Shown in pieces: positions 28,257-37,571 of a DNA stretch of 64,000 nt. Location of the stretch: positions 55,142 through 119,141 of IMG/VR virus record IMGVR_UViG_3300021964_000021; one strand, written 5' to 3'. The stretch's first letter is position 1; each line of letters begins with the position of its first letter. The position numbers and the translations under genes were made by a program. Under the pieces are notes generated by a model. The model had not been told where the DNA came from. It saw only the letters and a list, made by a program, of their open reading frames with translations, and made no database searches. This DNA comes from a virus.

Positions 28257-31200
28257 GTGCTCAACATCTACGTCGATACTCTCAAGGGTTCTAAGAACTC
28301 CTTCAACGTTGGCGAGACCCACTTCACCTGGGAGCACCGTCATCGTGGACGTGACTATGGTAAAGCGAAGCAGGTTCTTACCCAGTTGGATTCCAAGTAT
28401 GTTCGTTGTGCTTGGTGGGAGAACGTGTCTACCCGTGATGACAAGGATCATCACCATGACACCATCATTCATGAGTGGTTGATGACTCTTCCTGGTGTCA
28501 AGAAGATTGGTCAGGAGACTTTTGAGTTTGATCTCAAACTTTATACAATTGAGATCCTTGTTCAGATGATGGAGGAGAAGTTTTTCTCTGGCAAGAAGAA
28601 GGAATATGTTGAGTTTGTTCCCCGTCCATATCAGCAGAAGTTCCTTAAGAAGATTGCATGGTGTACTAGCAACGAGTTCTTGCTGTTCGCTAAGTGCCGT
28701 GCAGGTAAGTCTGCAATGGTCCTTAAACATATTGTTGATACCAACTATAAGGTATCCCTGGTTTGCTCCCGTCAGAAGTCTCCTGAGGGGTCCTGGAAGG
28801 CGGATTCAAACCAGTTCTTCCCTTCAGTCAAGTACATCTCTCTCAAGGATCCTGGTTGGGAGACCTACCTTGAGTATTGGCGTGATCGTGATGTGAACGT
28901 TGTTCTCTGGGGTACAGTTCAGACTTGCCTGAAGCGTCTGGATAAGATCAAGAACGTTGACTTTGTTGCTTTTGATGAGGCACACATTGGTGGTAATGCA
29001 CCAGAGTTCGTTCAATTGCGTGAGGCACTTGACACTCGTATCTGCTACATCTCTGGAACTGCCCATAAACTCTGTTGGATGTTCCCTGATGAGAACCAGA
29101 AGTTTGTCTATACCTACTTTGATGAGCAACTGGATGTTCAGCGTGGGATCTTTAAGCGTCCTAAGATGAAGGTTGCCTTTGCCAAGTATCAAACATCTGC
29201 ATATCAGGAGATCTTCGGTGATGATCCTGATGCAATGAAGAATATTTTCACCATGAAGGGAACTAAGTTCCTGTATGAGGATCTGGTAAGGGAGTTCATT
29301 CATAATTACTTTGGACCGCAGCGTAATATCCGCATTGGTGATCGCCTTCTTAAAGGTACATATCACATGATGGCACTACCTAGTGTCAAGGCATGTCATG
29401 CATTCCAAAAACTGGTTGAGTGTTATTATCCTGCACTGGTTGTTACTTCTGATGCTAAGAAGAATCAGGATGACATCAATCGATTCTTGGATGAGCATTC
29501 CAAGGCATTGATCATCACTCAGTCTGCAAATGTTCTGGGTGTGACTGCTGAGAAGATTGATACTGTTATCAACTGCCGTGGTGGTGAGTCAATCGAGTTC
29601 TGGACTCAGTTTGCGTTCCGTGGTGGATCTGGTGATCATGACTGGTGGGTCATTGATTTTGATGCTCAGAGGTGCCTCCGTGCTATTCACACGGCATTCC
29701 AGTTGGCATGTGATAGCAATCCTTCTTTGTCACAATATAGTGTTGTTGACTTCACCAACATTCATGAATGGAACGATGGGTTCCAGGAACTGAGCAAGGA
29801 AGCATTTGAAGATGCTTTAGCGGCAGATGTTGAGAGCAGCATCTCTACTGTTACCAGCATCGTTGAGTCACTGGATCTCAGTGGACTGAGTGACTTTCAT
29901 CTCAATTTGAAGTCTGCTCTTACCTCTGTTGTCAAGGAGACCCAGTTGAATGACAATGGTGCAAACAATCGGAGCTGCATTGAGCGGGAGACTGAGATTG
30001 CAAAAAAGTCTGATGACCTTGATACTCTGAAGAAGCAGACTGTCAAGGCACTCTTGGAGTCAATTCCACTGTCTATGTTTTATATTATTCGTAATGGACA
30101 GAATGTTTATTCTATCAATGATGTGATTGGGTCTGATGTATATACTTCTGTCACTGGTGACAAGGAAGGTATTCTCTCTGAGGTTATCTCTAAGAATCCT
30201 CAGAGTATGGAGTTGTTGACTCGCCGCATTGGATTAGTCTCCAACAGCATCCAGAAGAGCATGAGGCAGTCTGTCTCTCAGACTATTAACAGTCTCTCAG
30301 TCTCATCTGCGATTCAGCAGTCAATTCCAACCACGTTGCTTGACAACATGATTGATCAGTGCAAAGATATGAGCAACACATACATGTTTGGTGATCCCAG
30401 TGGTTCCCATTCTGCTCGACTCCTGGAACGTGGTATCGATCCCAACCGTCTCACTGTGTGGGAGAGTTGCGATAGTCATCGCAGTCGTGTAGAATATATT
30501 CATAAACAGATCAACGTCGTTGCCTCCCACCCAAACATGAAGTTCACCGCCATCCTTGCCAATCCCCCATACAACGACCCCACAAAGAAGGCACGGAACA
30601 ACAAACTGTGGACCAAGGTGGTTGAGCAGCATCTGGAGATGCTTGCTCCTGGTGGAGACATGTGTGAGGTGACCCCTGCATCGGTGTTGGGTAACACAGG
30701 CAAGGGTAAGAAGTTTATGAAGTTGTTCTCTACTATCTACAACCTCAAACTCATTGACTACACTGCCGATGATTACTTCACTGAGGGTGTGGATATCTGT
30801 CGCTGGCACCTGGTGAATGAACCATATCAGGGCAAGACTACTGTGATTACTCATGATGGGTCCTTCACCTGGGATCTCCGTGATGGTCTGCCTCTCTTCG
30901 GTGATGCTGCTTTTAAGCACTCCATCCTGGAGAAGATTGCAAACTCAAACCACCCTCGTATTCCCTTGAAGATTGGTCAGGAGATTGCCAATGAGGACTA
31001 CGTTCCTGATGGTAAGTATGAGGTCTTCAAGACTGGTGACAAGATTGCTCGTACCAACGTGGTCCCAAACACTGGAGACGTGCTAAAGTTCATTGTACCG
31101 TTCTCCTCCAGCTACAAGAAGAGGTTCATCTCTAATGGATTTGTGGGTATGCTTAATGTTTGGTGCCCTATTCCTTCTCAAGAGGAGGGGACGCGCCTTA

Positions 31201-31382
31201 GTGAGATCTTTGATAATTCGATCATTCGGTTTTTTGTGGAGAACTATAAGCGGACTTCGGGATTTACTCCAGCTATTAAGAATGCGGAAGTACCTGACAT
31301 CACGAACTATGAGGATCTGCCTGGTCAATTTGGTCTCACCTCAGAAGAACTAAACTACCTCCAACGAATCAATGTCCTCTAA
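28257..31382 (+). CDS. Restriction-modification-like fusion: GIY-YIG-like nuclease + SF2 helicase + N6-adenine methyltransferase catalytic/TRD region
   Basis: N-terminal IYV...VGET...R...DTIIHEWL...QETF; PRPYQ, AKCRAGKS (Walker A), FDEAH (Walker B), ISGT; MKFTAILANPPY. Start placed at GTG 28257, downstream of the terminator and of TATACT at 28225. Confidence 0.75.
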   Translation: MLNIYVDTLKGSKNSFNVGETHFTWEHRHRGRDYGKAKQVLTQLDSKYVRCAWWENVSTRDDKDHHHDTIIHEWLMTLPGVKKIGQETFEFDLKLYTIEILVQMMEEKFFSGKKKEYVEFVPRPYQQKFLKKIAWCTSNEFLLFAKCRAGKSAMVLKHIVDTNYKVSLVCSRQKSPEGSWKADSNQFFPSVKYISLKDPGWETYLEYWRDRDVNVVLWGTVQTCLKRLDKIKNVDFVAFDEAHIGGNAPEFVQLREALDTRICYISGTAHKLCWMFPDENQKFVYTYFDEQLDVQRGIFKRPKMKVAFAKYQTSAYQEIFGDDPDAMKNIFTMKGTKFLYEDLVREFIHNYFGPQRNIRIGDRLLKGTYHMMALPSVKACHAFQKLVECYYPALVVTSDAKKNQDDINRFLDEHSKALIITQSANVLGVTAEKIDTVINCRGGESIEFWTQFAFRGGSGDHDWWVIDFDAQRCLRAIHTAFQLACDSNPSLSQYSVVDFTNIHEWNDGFQELSKEAFEDALAADVESSISTVTSIVESLDLSGLSDFHLNLKSALTSVVKETQLNDNGANNRSCIERETEIAKKSDDLDTLKKQTVKALLESIPLSMFYIIRNGQNVYSINDVIGSDVYTSVTGDKEGILSEVISKNPQSMELLTRRIGLVSNSIQKSMRQSVSQTINSLSVSSAIQQSIPTTLLDNMIDQCKDMSNTYMFGDPSGSHSARLLERGIDPNRLTVWESCDSHRSRVEYIHKQINVVASHPNMKFTAILANPPYNDPTKKARNNKLWTKVVEQHLEMLAPGGDMCEVTPASVLGNTGKGKKFMKLFSTIYNLKLIDYTADDYFTEGVDICRWHLVNEPYQGKTTVITHDGSFTWDLRDGLPLFGDAAFKHSILEKIANSNHPRIPLKIGQEIANEDYVPDGKYEVFKTGDKIARTNVVPNTGDVLKFIVPFSSSYKKRFISNGFVGMLNVWCPIPSQEEGTRLSEIFDNSIIRFFVENYKRTSGFTPAIKNAEVPDITNYEDLPGQFGLTSEELNYLQRINVL

Positions 31383-31788
31383 GAACCGCCACAACCAACA
31401 GCACGGGTCTAATATTGAACGCTCTGATGAGCGTATTAAGCAGACACAGGAGGTCTTCACTCCAATTGCTCTGATTGAGCAGATGATTCTGGAGATCCCT
31501 GTGTCACAACTGAAGGATCCCGAATCTAAATTCATGGACAACTGTGCTGGTAGTGGTAACTTCCTTGTTTGTCTGTGTGAGATACTGCAGGAATATCACA
31601 GCAGAGATCACATCATCAACAACATGATGTATGCTGTGGAGTTGATGGAAGATAATCACAAAGAGATGTGTAGGAGACTTGACATCCCTACAGATCATCC
31701 GCACTTCGTCTGTGCGGACGCACTTCAGTATCACTACAGGTTTGATGGGACCACAGGACCTGTCACGATGGATCAGTTTGTGGTATAG
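31372..31788 (+). CDS. Stand-alone N-terminal (SAM-binding) half of an amino-DNA methyltransferase
   Basis: RIKQTQEVFTP (motif X), FMDNCAGSGNF (motif I), YAVEL (II), VCADAL (III); no NPPY. Confidence 0.8.
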   Translation: MSSKNRHNQQHGSNIERSDERIKQTQEVFTPIALIEQMILEIPVSQLKDPESKFMDNCAGSGNFLVCLCEILQEYHSRDHIINNMMYAVELMEDNHKEMCRRLDIPTDHPHFVCADALQYHYRFDGTTGPVTMDQFVV

Positions 31789-31801
31789 TATCTCTATCGA
31801 T

Positions 31802-33037
31802 ATGAGTTCAATGCAACTTCGTCCCCATCAGGCAAAGGCACTTGATGTCATGACTCAGTGGTCAAACGGCATCATTGTGGTCCCTACTGGTGGGGGCAAG
31901 ACCTTTATTGCTATCTCTGATGCTAAACGTGAGCTTGCTACCCCTGGTCGTAAGACTATTGTAGTGGTTGCTCCTCGCTTGCTCCTGGCACAACAGTTGT
32001 CTGCTGAGTTCACTGAGCACATCACTAACGCTGCTGTCTTGCACGTTCACTCTGGTAGTGGATCGCATCACACGACAACCAATCCTGAAGAAATTCGGTT
32101 GTGGCAGGAGTATACTCCTGGTCACTTGTTAATATTTACTACATATCATTCTCTGCATCGTATCCAAGAGTCTAAAATTGATGTAGATGTAGTTTACTTT
32201 GATGAAGCACACAACTCAATCAAGAAGAACTTCTTTGGTCCTACCAGGTTTATCTCTGCTGGTGCTCGCCGCAGTTACTTCTTTACTGCTACTCCTAAGT
32301 ACACTGCCACTTATCGCAAATATGGCATGAATGATCCTATCTATGGTGGAATCATCTATAACGTCCCTGCTACAGAGTTGGTAAAGAATGGTTCTATCCT
32401 TCCCCCTAAGATCAATGCTATTCCTATTGCTGGTCACAGGGAGAAGGGAGAGGATGCTGCACAGGGAGACTGTGATACTCTCCTAGATACTTTGAAGTAT
32501 GAAGACTGCATGGATAAGGTGCTGATTGCAGCACCTAACACAAAGGTTATGATGCGTATGCTTGCAACCACAGACTTCATGTCTGAGGTTCGTGCCTTAG
32601 GTTATGACCTGCTCTGGATCACCAGTAAGCATGGTGCCTTCCACAACGATCAGAAGGTTACTCGTGAGCACTTCTTCAACCTTGTTCGCGCTTTTGGTGC
32701 TGACCCTGATAAGAAGTTTGTTGTTCTCCATTACTCTATTCTGAGTGAGGGCATCTCTGTTCCTGGTCTGACTTCTCTTGTTCTCATGCGACAGATGAAC
32801 GTTATTGAGATGTGTCAGTCTGTTGGACGTGTCATTCGTCTGCACCTGGATGACATTCAAGGTATCAAGCAGGGCACTCTCATCCCTGGTGATACTAAGC
32901 AATACTCCAAACCATTCGGTTTAGTCCATGTTCCTGTCTACAGCAACGTTGGAATCTCCACAGTCAAACGCCTTGAGAAGGTCGTTAACACTGTATTTGT
33001 TCAGGGTCAACCCGCTATTGCCACCATTAAACGATGA
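31802..33037 (+). CDS. SF2 (DEAH, ResIII-like) helicase
   Basis: LRPHQ, PTGGGKT, VVAP, FTTYHS, FDEAH, FTATP, ILSEGISVP, QSVGRVIR. Confidence 0.9.
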   Translation: MSSMQLRPHQAKALDVMTQWSNGIIVVPTGGGKTFIAISDAKRELATPGRKTIVVVAPRLLLAQQLSAEFTEHITNAAVLHVHSGSGSHHTTTNPEEIRLWQEYTPGHLLIFTTYHSLHRIQESKIDVDVVYFDEAHNSIKKNFFGPTRFISAGARRSYFFTATPKYTATYRKYGMNDPIYGGIIYNVPATELVKNGSILPPKINAIPIAGHREKGEDAAQGDCDTLLDTLKYEDCMDKVLIAAPNTKVMMRMLATTDFMSEVRALGYDLLWITSKHGAFHNDQKVTREHFFNLVRAFGADPDKKFVVLHYSILSEGISVPGLTSLVLMRQMNVIEMCQSVGRVIRLHLDDIQGIKQGTLIPGDTKQYSKPFGLVHVPVYSNVGISTVKRLEKVVNTVFVQGQPAIATIKR

Positions 33038-33468
33038 TTGAGTACATACACCACAAGAAGCAGTATCTATTTGCCACTAATGTTAGTTGGCTGGATGTTG
33101 CAAGTCAGATTGAATTAGAGAAGGTTAACGACACTTACAGAGCAATCAGTGATGAGACTGATCTTTGTATTGATTGTGGATGTGTTCCTGGATTTTTGGC
33201 AAACATCTATCAAAAATTCAAAAGAGATTATGGATATAATGCGATGCACATGTACACTTCTCGTAAGATTGGTGCTGAGACACTAGGTAGACACAATGAT
33301 GATCAAGACGTTCTTATTGTGCAGTCAAGAGGTAGGATGACATACAAATTTGATGATAATAATGTGGTAACATTGTACCCAGGTGATGGATTGTATATTC
33401 CCGCCTGGGTACACCACAACCCAATCACCATTGAACCACGAATTACCCTAAGTTTGAGCAGAGGATGA
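33034..33468 (+). CDS. Cupin/JmjC-like oxygenase
   Basis: LGRHNDDQDVLIVQSRG...LYPGDGLYIPAWVHH...RITLS. Confidence 0.75.
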   Translation: MIEYIHHKKQYLFATNVSWLDVASQIELEKVNDTYRAISDETDLCIDCGCVPGFLANIYQKFKRDYGYNAMHMYTSRKIGAETLGRHNDDQDVLIVQSRGRMTYKFDDNNVVTLYPGDGLYIPAWVHHNPITIEPRITLSLSRG

Positions 33469-33692
33469 CCACTGACAAAGAACTAAAAGAAATTTACAAT
33501 TTTTACAAAGATTGTGATGAAGGATTTGTTACTAGGGACGGGTATGCCGCTGTCCCACTTATGGGTTCAAAATCCCTTGTAGTAGTGTATAATGGAGAGC
33601 AACTAAAGGTGTGTAGGACTGAGAAGTCTGCTCACACTTTTATCAAAAAACATCGCACCCAAGTCAAAAAAGGAACTGTTTTTGTATCATGA
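33465..33692 (+). CDS. Hypothetical protein
   Basis: 75-aa ORF in an overlapping ATGA chain. Confidence 0.6.
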   Translation: MTTDKELKEIYNFYKDCDEGFVTRDGYAAVPLMGSKSLVVVYNGEQLKVCRTEKSAHTFIKKHRTQVKKGTVFVS

Positions 33693-33910
33693 TGAACGCT
33701 GATCCACATCCAGATACCCTGGTGACAATCACATGTGACAAGGAAGGTCTGAAGACTATGATTCAAGCATCTATTGCTGCTATTCAGCAAGGAGATAACT
33801 GGAACTTTGGTGACGAGTATGATCTGGATCTCACACCATATCACGATATGCGTGATTCCCTGATTAAAAAGTATGTGGAGGTGTATGGTGACGAAGATAT
33901 CACGATCTGA
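33689..33910 (+). CDS. Hypothetical protein
   Basis: 73-aa ORF, ATGA overlap. Confidence 0.55.
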   Translation: MMNADPHPDTLVTITCDKEGLKTMIQASIAAIQQGDNWNFGDEYDLDLTPYHDMRDSLIKKYVEVYGDEDITI

Positions 33911-34085
33911 GTTGGTACATCTTCAATTGCAGGCGATGCTCAGGGAGAACAAGTTCCCTAGTAGTGAGATTATGTACTGTGGTCAGAGAGAAGGAGAGCA
34001 CTGGTATCTTATTGGCGGTGAACATGAAGTGCCAGTGTCTCAAATTGTAGACATTAATCCAGTAGATGAAGATCAAGAAGTTTGA
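33885..34085 (+). CDS. Hypothetical protein
   Basis: LVHLQLQAMLRE...HWYLIGGEHEVPVSQI. Confidence 0.55.
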   Translation: MVTKISRSELVHLQLQAMLRENKFPSSEIMYCGQREGEHWYLIGGEHEVPVSQIVDINPVDEDQEV

Positions 34086-34557
34086 AGTCGATGAAAAAGT
34101 AACAGAGTATTTTACTTTGTTATTAAAGGTTTGCATGGCAAAACCTGAAGTAATTGATCATAAGCAGAGCTCTTTATCTCCAAGTTGCTCTGCTACTTTA
34201 AACTTACTCAATTTTAAGATGCCTGAAAAGTTTTATAACTATACTGGCAGATTACTAAGAAAGTCTGAAGAAGTTACTGGTGAGATATTAAGATACCATT
34301 ACATGCATATGGTGGATTATACTAATGGTGGTATAATGTCAGTACACTCACACAAACACAACGAGGACTATAGTTTTATCCTGTATCTTAACGATTGCTC
34401 TGACGGGGATACTGTTCTTCATTTAAAGAATCAGTATAGAGTAACTCCAAAAAAGGGTACTGTTCTATTATTCTCCTCGTTAATTCCACACTCGTCTGAA
34501 TACTCAAAAAGTAAGCAGGTATTTGTGGGTGGTCTTAAAGTAAAACACGAGGTCTAA
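34066..34557 (+). CDS. 2OG-Fe(II) oxygenase family protein
   Basis: HSHKHNEDYSFILYLNDC..GDT...PKKGTVLLFSSLIPH. Confidence 0.75.
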   Translation: MKIKKFEVDEKVTEYFTLLLKVCMAKPEVIDHKQSSLSPSCSATLNLLNFKMPEKFYNYTGRLLRKSEEVTGEILRYHYMHMVDYTNGGIMSVHSHKHNEDYSFILYLNDCSDGDTVLHLKNQYRVTPKKGTVLLFSSLIPHSSEYSKSKQVFVGGLKVKHEV

Positions 34558-34749
34558 ATGGATTGGGACAACACCACTAAACTAGAGAAGCGTAAAGATG
34601 CATTTTACATCTTTTATGAGAGTGTATTGAAGCCAGACCATGAGTTGCGTCAAGATGCTCATGAACAGAAGTGTTATCATGAACTGCTTGAATGGCGTGC
34701 AGAAATTATTGAATACCTTGACCGACGAAGGAATGAAGAATTCTATTGA
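34558..34749 (+). CDS. Hypothetical protein
   Basis: 63-aa ORF with GAGG RBS. Confidence 0.6.
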   Translation: MDWDNTTKLEKRKDAFYIFYESVLKPDHELRQDAHEQKCYHELLEWRAEIIEYLDRRRNEEFY

Positions 34750-35266
34750 TAAGTTTGCTATTCCGTTTTATCAAACAAAGATTGAGAACTGGGAAGAGAA
34801 GAAGCAAAAACTCCTGGACATTTACGATAGATTTGCCCAGGATAATATGGATGAGGGAGAACAAAATTCTGACTTTGAACAGGATAATAACTATCATATT
34901 TTGATTGAGACTATCCTGTTTGATGATATTAAGCGTGCAACAAAGGAACTTGATCTATTCAAGAGAGCACCGAGAGTTGCTAATGCATGGTTCCAAACCT
35001 ATGACTTAGCACACTCTCATGCCCTCCATAATCATGGATTGGGTAATCTTAGTATGGTCTGCTATATAATGTATGATCCTGAGCATCATAGACCAACTAC
35101 TTTTGTAGCACCATTCATGAGTCTTACTGACGGTAATATTATGGAATGGGAACCAGAAGGCGTTGAGGAAGGAACTTTAGTCATGTTCCCTTCTGGATTG
35201 GCACATTATGTACCAACAAACCAGTCTGATGTCAGAAGAATGATTTTATCTGCAAATATAGGGTAA
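34733..35266 (+). CDS. 2OG-Fe(II) oxygenase family protein
   Basis: AWFQTY...HALHNHG...YDPEHHRPTTF...EGTLVMFPSGLAHYV...RMILSAN. Confidence 0.8.
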   Translation: MKNSIDKFAIPFYQTKIENWEEKKQKLLDIYDRFAQDNMDEGEQNSDFEQDNNYHILIETILFDDIKRATKELDLFKRAPRVANAWFQTYDLAHSHALHNHGLGNLSMVCYIMYDPEHHRPTTFVAPFMSLTDGNIMEWEPEGVEEGTLVMFPSGLAHYVPTNQSDVRRMILSANIG

Positions 35267-36084
35267 TGTTAAAAGTACCTCATGAAATTCAGTTGCATTT
35301 GACTCACTCATGTAATCTTACATGTGAGGGATGTACTCACTACATGAATCAGGGGCACTCTGGTAAGGTTAGTATAGAGACTGCAACTGAATGGTTTGAT
35401 CAATGGAACGATAGGATACTTCCAAAAAGAATTACATTGATGGGTGGAGAACCAAGTCTTCATCCAGATCTTACTGAGTTTGTATATCTGACCAGAGAGA
35501 AATGGCCACATTCTTATATTGAGATTGTGTCTAATGGATTCTTTTTGCACAAGCACGGGAATCTTCCTGTAGCATTGAAGGAGACTAATACGACACTTGC
35601 AGTGTCTGTTCATGATGACAGTCATCCAACTTATCGTGAGAAGTTTGAACCAATCTATAGGTTAATGAAGAACTGGATTGATTTGGGCGCTCCAGTTGAG
35701 ATGAGACCATCTGTCATCCATTGGTTGGCACAATACAAGGGTTTTGGTGATAAGATGGAACCCTTTGAGGATAATAACCCCAAAGCAAGTTGGAAGGCAT
35801 GTGTATCAAGATTGTGTGTGCAACTGCATGAGGGTAAGTTATGGAAGTGTCCTGCATTAGCGTATCTTCCTATGCAGGCAGAGAAGTATAACTTGTCTGA
35901 GAAGTGGAATCCATATCTAAAATATATTCCACTTCATCATGATTGTACTGCAGAAGAACTAAAAAACTTCTTTACTCGTAGGGAAGAATCATTCTGCTCC
36001 ATGTGTCCTGCTACTGAGCAATATTTTAAACCAGAAAATCCTTTGTTACCTGTGAGTTATTGGAAGAAGAAGTATGATACTTGA
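35266..36084 (+). CDS. Radical SAM protein (paralog 1)
   Basis: CNLTCEGC (CxxxCxxC), MGGEPSLHP, IVSNG; C-terminal WKCP...CSMCP cysteines. Confidence 0.9.
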   Translation: MLKVPHEIQLHLTHSCNLTCEGCTHYMNQGHSGKVSIETATEWFDQWNDRILPKRITLMGGEPSLHPDLTEFVYLTREKWPHSYIEIVSNGFFLHKHGNLPVALKETNTTLAVSVHDDSHPTYREKFEPIYRLMKNWIDLGAPVEMRPSVIHWLAQYKGFGDKMEPFEDNNPKASWKACVSRLCVQLHEGKLWKCPALAYLPMQAEKYNLSEKWNPYLKYIPLHHDCTAEELKNFFTRREESFCSMCPATEQYFKPENPLLPVSYWKKKYDT

Positions 36085-36829
36085 TGGTGAATTACTAGAT
36101 CTTTTAGAAAAACTTGCAGACAAAGCAGGAGTATCTCCTTCAGACCGTCTGGATGAGATAATAAGAGATGAATACTATAGAATCAATAGAATAATACCGC
36201 AACAAGTATCTACAGATCCTTATTGGAGAGACAATAGGGATGTGGAATACTTCCATTTTTGTGGTAATACAATTTACAGGGCATATAATATGCTCAGTCG
36301 CCATCATATGGATAATCTTTTGGATGATATTGATGATGAGTTAAGATTTAGTAAAGATAAGTGGGACAGATCTGTAGAGGCAACAAATGGATTGCCGCAA
36401 AGGAAATTAAGACACTTTACCAGTTGGTATGTGTTTTTTAGTATGGTAAAGAAGCACCTTCACAACTATGCGAGGATAACAAATAATCCCAGAGTAAAAG
36501 AATATAAGGTCCAATCATATTGGGCGAAGAGAATGAAGGGTACAAATCCAGAAGATTATAATAATGAACTGGATATAAATTATAGGAACAGTCATAGTCA
36601 TGAGAACTTTGACCTGGGAATGATATACTATCTTAATAATCCATCAAGAATGTTTGGAACACTGATTGAGAATCAAGATAGAGAGATTATTGTTCCAGGT
36701 GATGAGAACTCTCTTCTCATTCATCATTCGCACATTAATCACCAACCAGTAATGCCTCCAAAGCAGATTGCTAACAAGTATTACAGGTGTGTTCTTGTTG
36801 TTGACTTTATGCATCCCTCAAAAATATGA
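36074..36829 (+). CDS. 2OG-Fe(II) oxygenase-like protein with N-terminal ribbon-helix-helix-like segment
   Basis: HSHENFDLGMIYYL...GT...PGDENSLLIHHSHINHQP...RCVLVVDF; N-terminal ILDGELLDLLEKLADKAGVSPSDRLDEIIR. Confidence 0.6.
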   Translation: MILDGELLDLLEKLADKAGVSPSDRLDEIIRDEYYRINRIIPQQVSTDPYWRDNRDVEYFHFCGNTIYRAYNMLSRHHMDNLLDDIDDELRFSKDKWDRSVEATNGLPQRKLRHFTSWYVFFSMVKKHLHNYARITNNPRVKEYKVQSYWAKRMKGTNPEDYNNELDINYRNSHSHENFDLGMIYYLNNPSRMFGTLIENQDREIIVPGDENSLLIHHSHINHQPVMPPKQIANKYYRCVLVVDFMHPSKI

Positions 36830-37059
36830 ACGCTTCTGACAGGATTAAATACTTTAGTATAGTATCAAAGATAAACAAGGGTCGGCTTGATGATATTAAT
36901 CCAGACGAATTTGCCTGGTTGCAAAAAAACCCAAACATTTTGAAGGATATGAATCTAACAAGAAAAAAAGAAGAGATCCTACAAAAATCTATGGGTTGTC
37001 AAGGTACTGTAGAAGAGATCCTATTTTCTTTAGACTTGTCAGATAGAATGTATCGGTGA
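36826..37059 (+). CDS. Hypothetical protein
   Basis: 77-aa ORF, ATGA overlap. Confidence 0.5.
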   Translation: MNASDRIKYFSIVSKINKGRLDDINPDEFAWLQKNPNILKDMNLTRKKEEILQKSMGCQGTVEEILFSLDLSDRMYR

Positions 37060-37065
37060 TATAAT
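37036..37065 (+). promoter_or_regulatory. Sigma70-type promoter upstream of the HNH gene
   Basis: TTGTCA-N18-TATAAT with extended -10 TGn. Confidence 0.6.
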
Positions 37066-37086
37066 GTCCTTAATGCCCTTGCCAGT

Positions 37087-37563
37087 ATGGAACATCTCAA
37101 GATACAACCACACCAGACAGTATTAGTTCTTAATTCTAGCTACGAACCAATCAACTTTACTAATTGGAGGAGAGCAGTTGTTTTAGTTCTAAAAGATAAG
37201 GTACAGGTTCTATCGTCAAGGGTTGTTAGATTGTTGACTTATATTAGAATTCCTGTGAGGAGTATCATGCAGAATCGTCCAACCAGAAGTCAGATTTATA
37301 AGAGAGATAAAAATTCATGTCAGTATTGTGGAGCAACTACTAGACTGACTATTGATCATGTTATTCCAAAAAGTAAGGGTGGTCAGGATACTTGGGAAAA
37401 TTTGGTAGTCGCATGTTCTTCATGCAACGTTAAAAAAAGTGATAAATTACTTGAGCAGACTAAACTAAAACTCAGGAAGGAACCAAGAGCACCATTTAAT
37501 ACAGTTGCTATTGACCTTGCAGAATCCAATGTCCCTGAATGGAGGGAGTACAGTTACACCTAG
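37087..37563 (+). CDS. HNH endonuclease (McrA-like)
   Basis: VLVLNSSYEPI...IYKRDKNSCQYCG...LTIDHVIPKSKGGQDTWENLVVACSSCNVKK. Confidence 0.92.
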   Translation: MEHLKIQPHQTVLVLNSSYEPINFTNWRRAVVLVLKDKVQVLSSRVVRLLTYIRIPVRSIMQNRPTRSQIYKRDKNSCQYCGATTRLTIDHVIPKSKGGQDTWENLVVACSSCNVKKSDKLLEQTKLKLRKEPRAPFNTVAIDLAESNVPEWREYSYT

Positions 37564-37571
37564 GAGATGAG

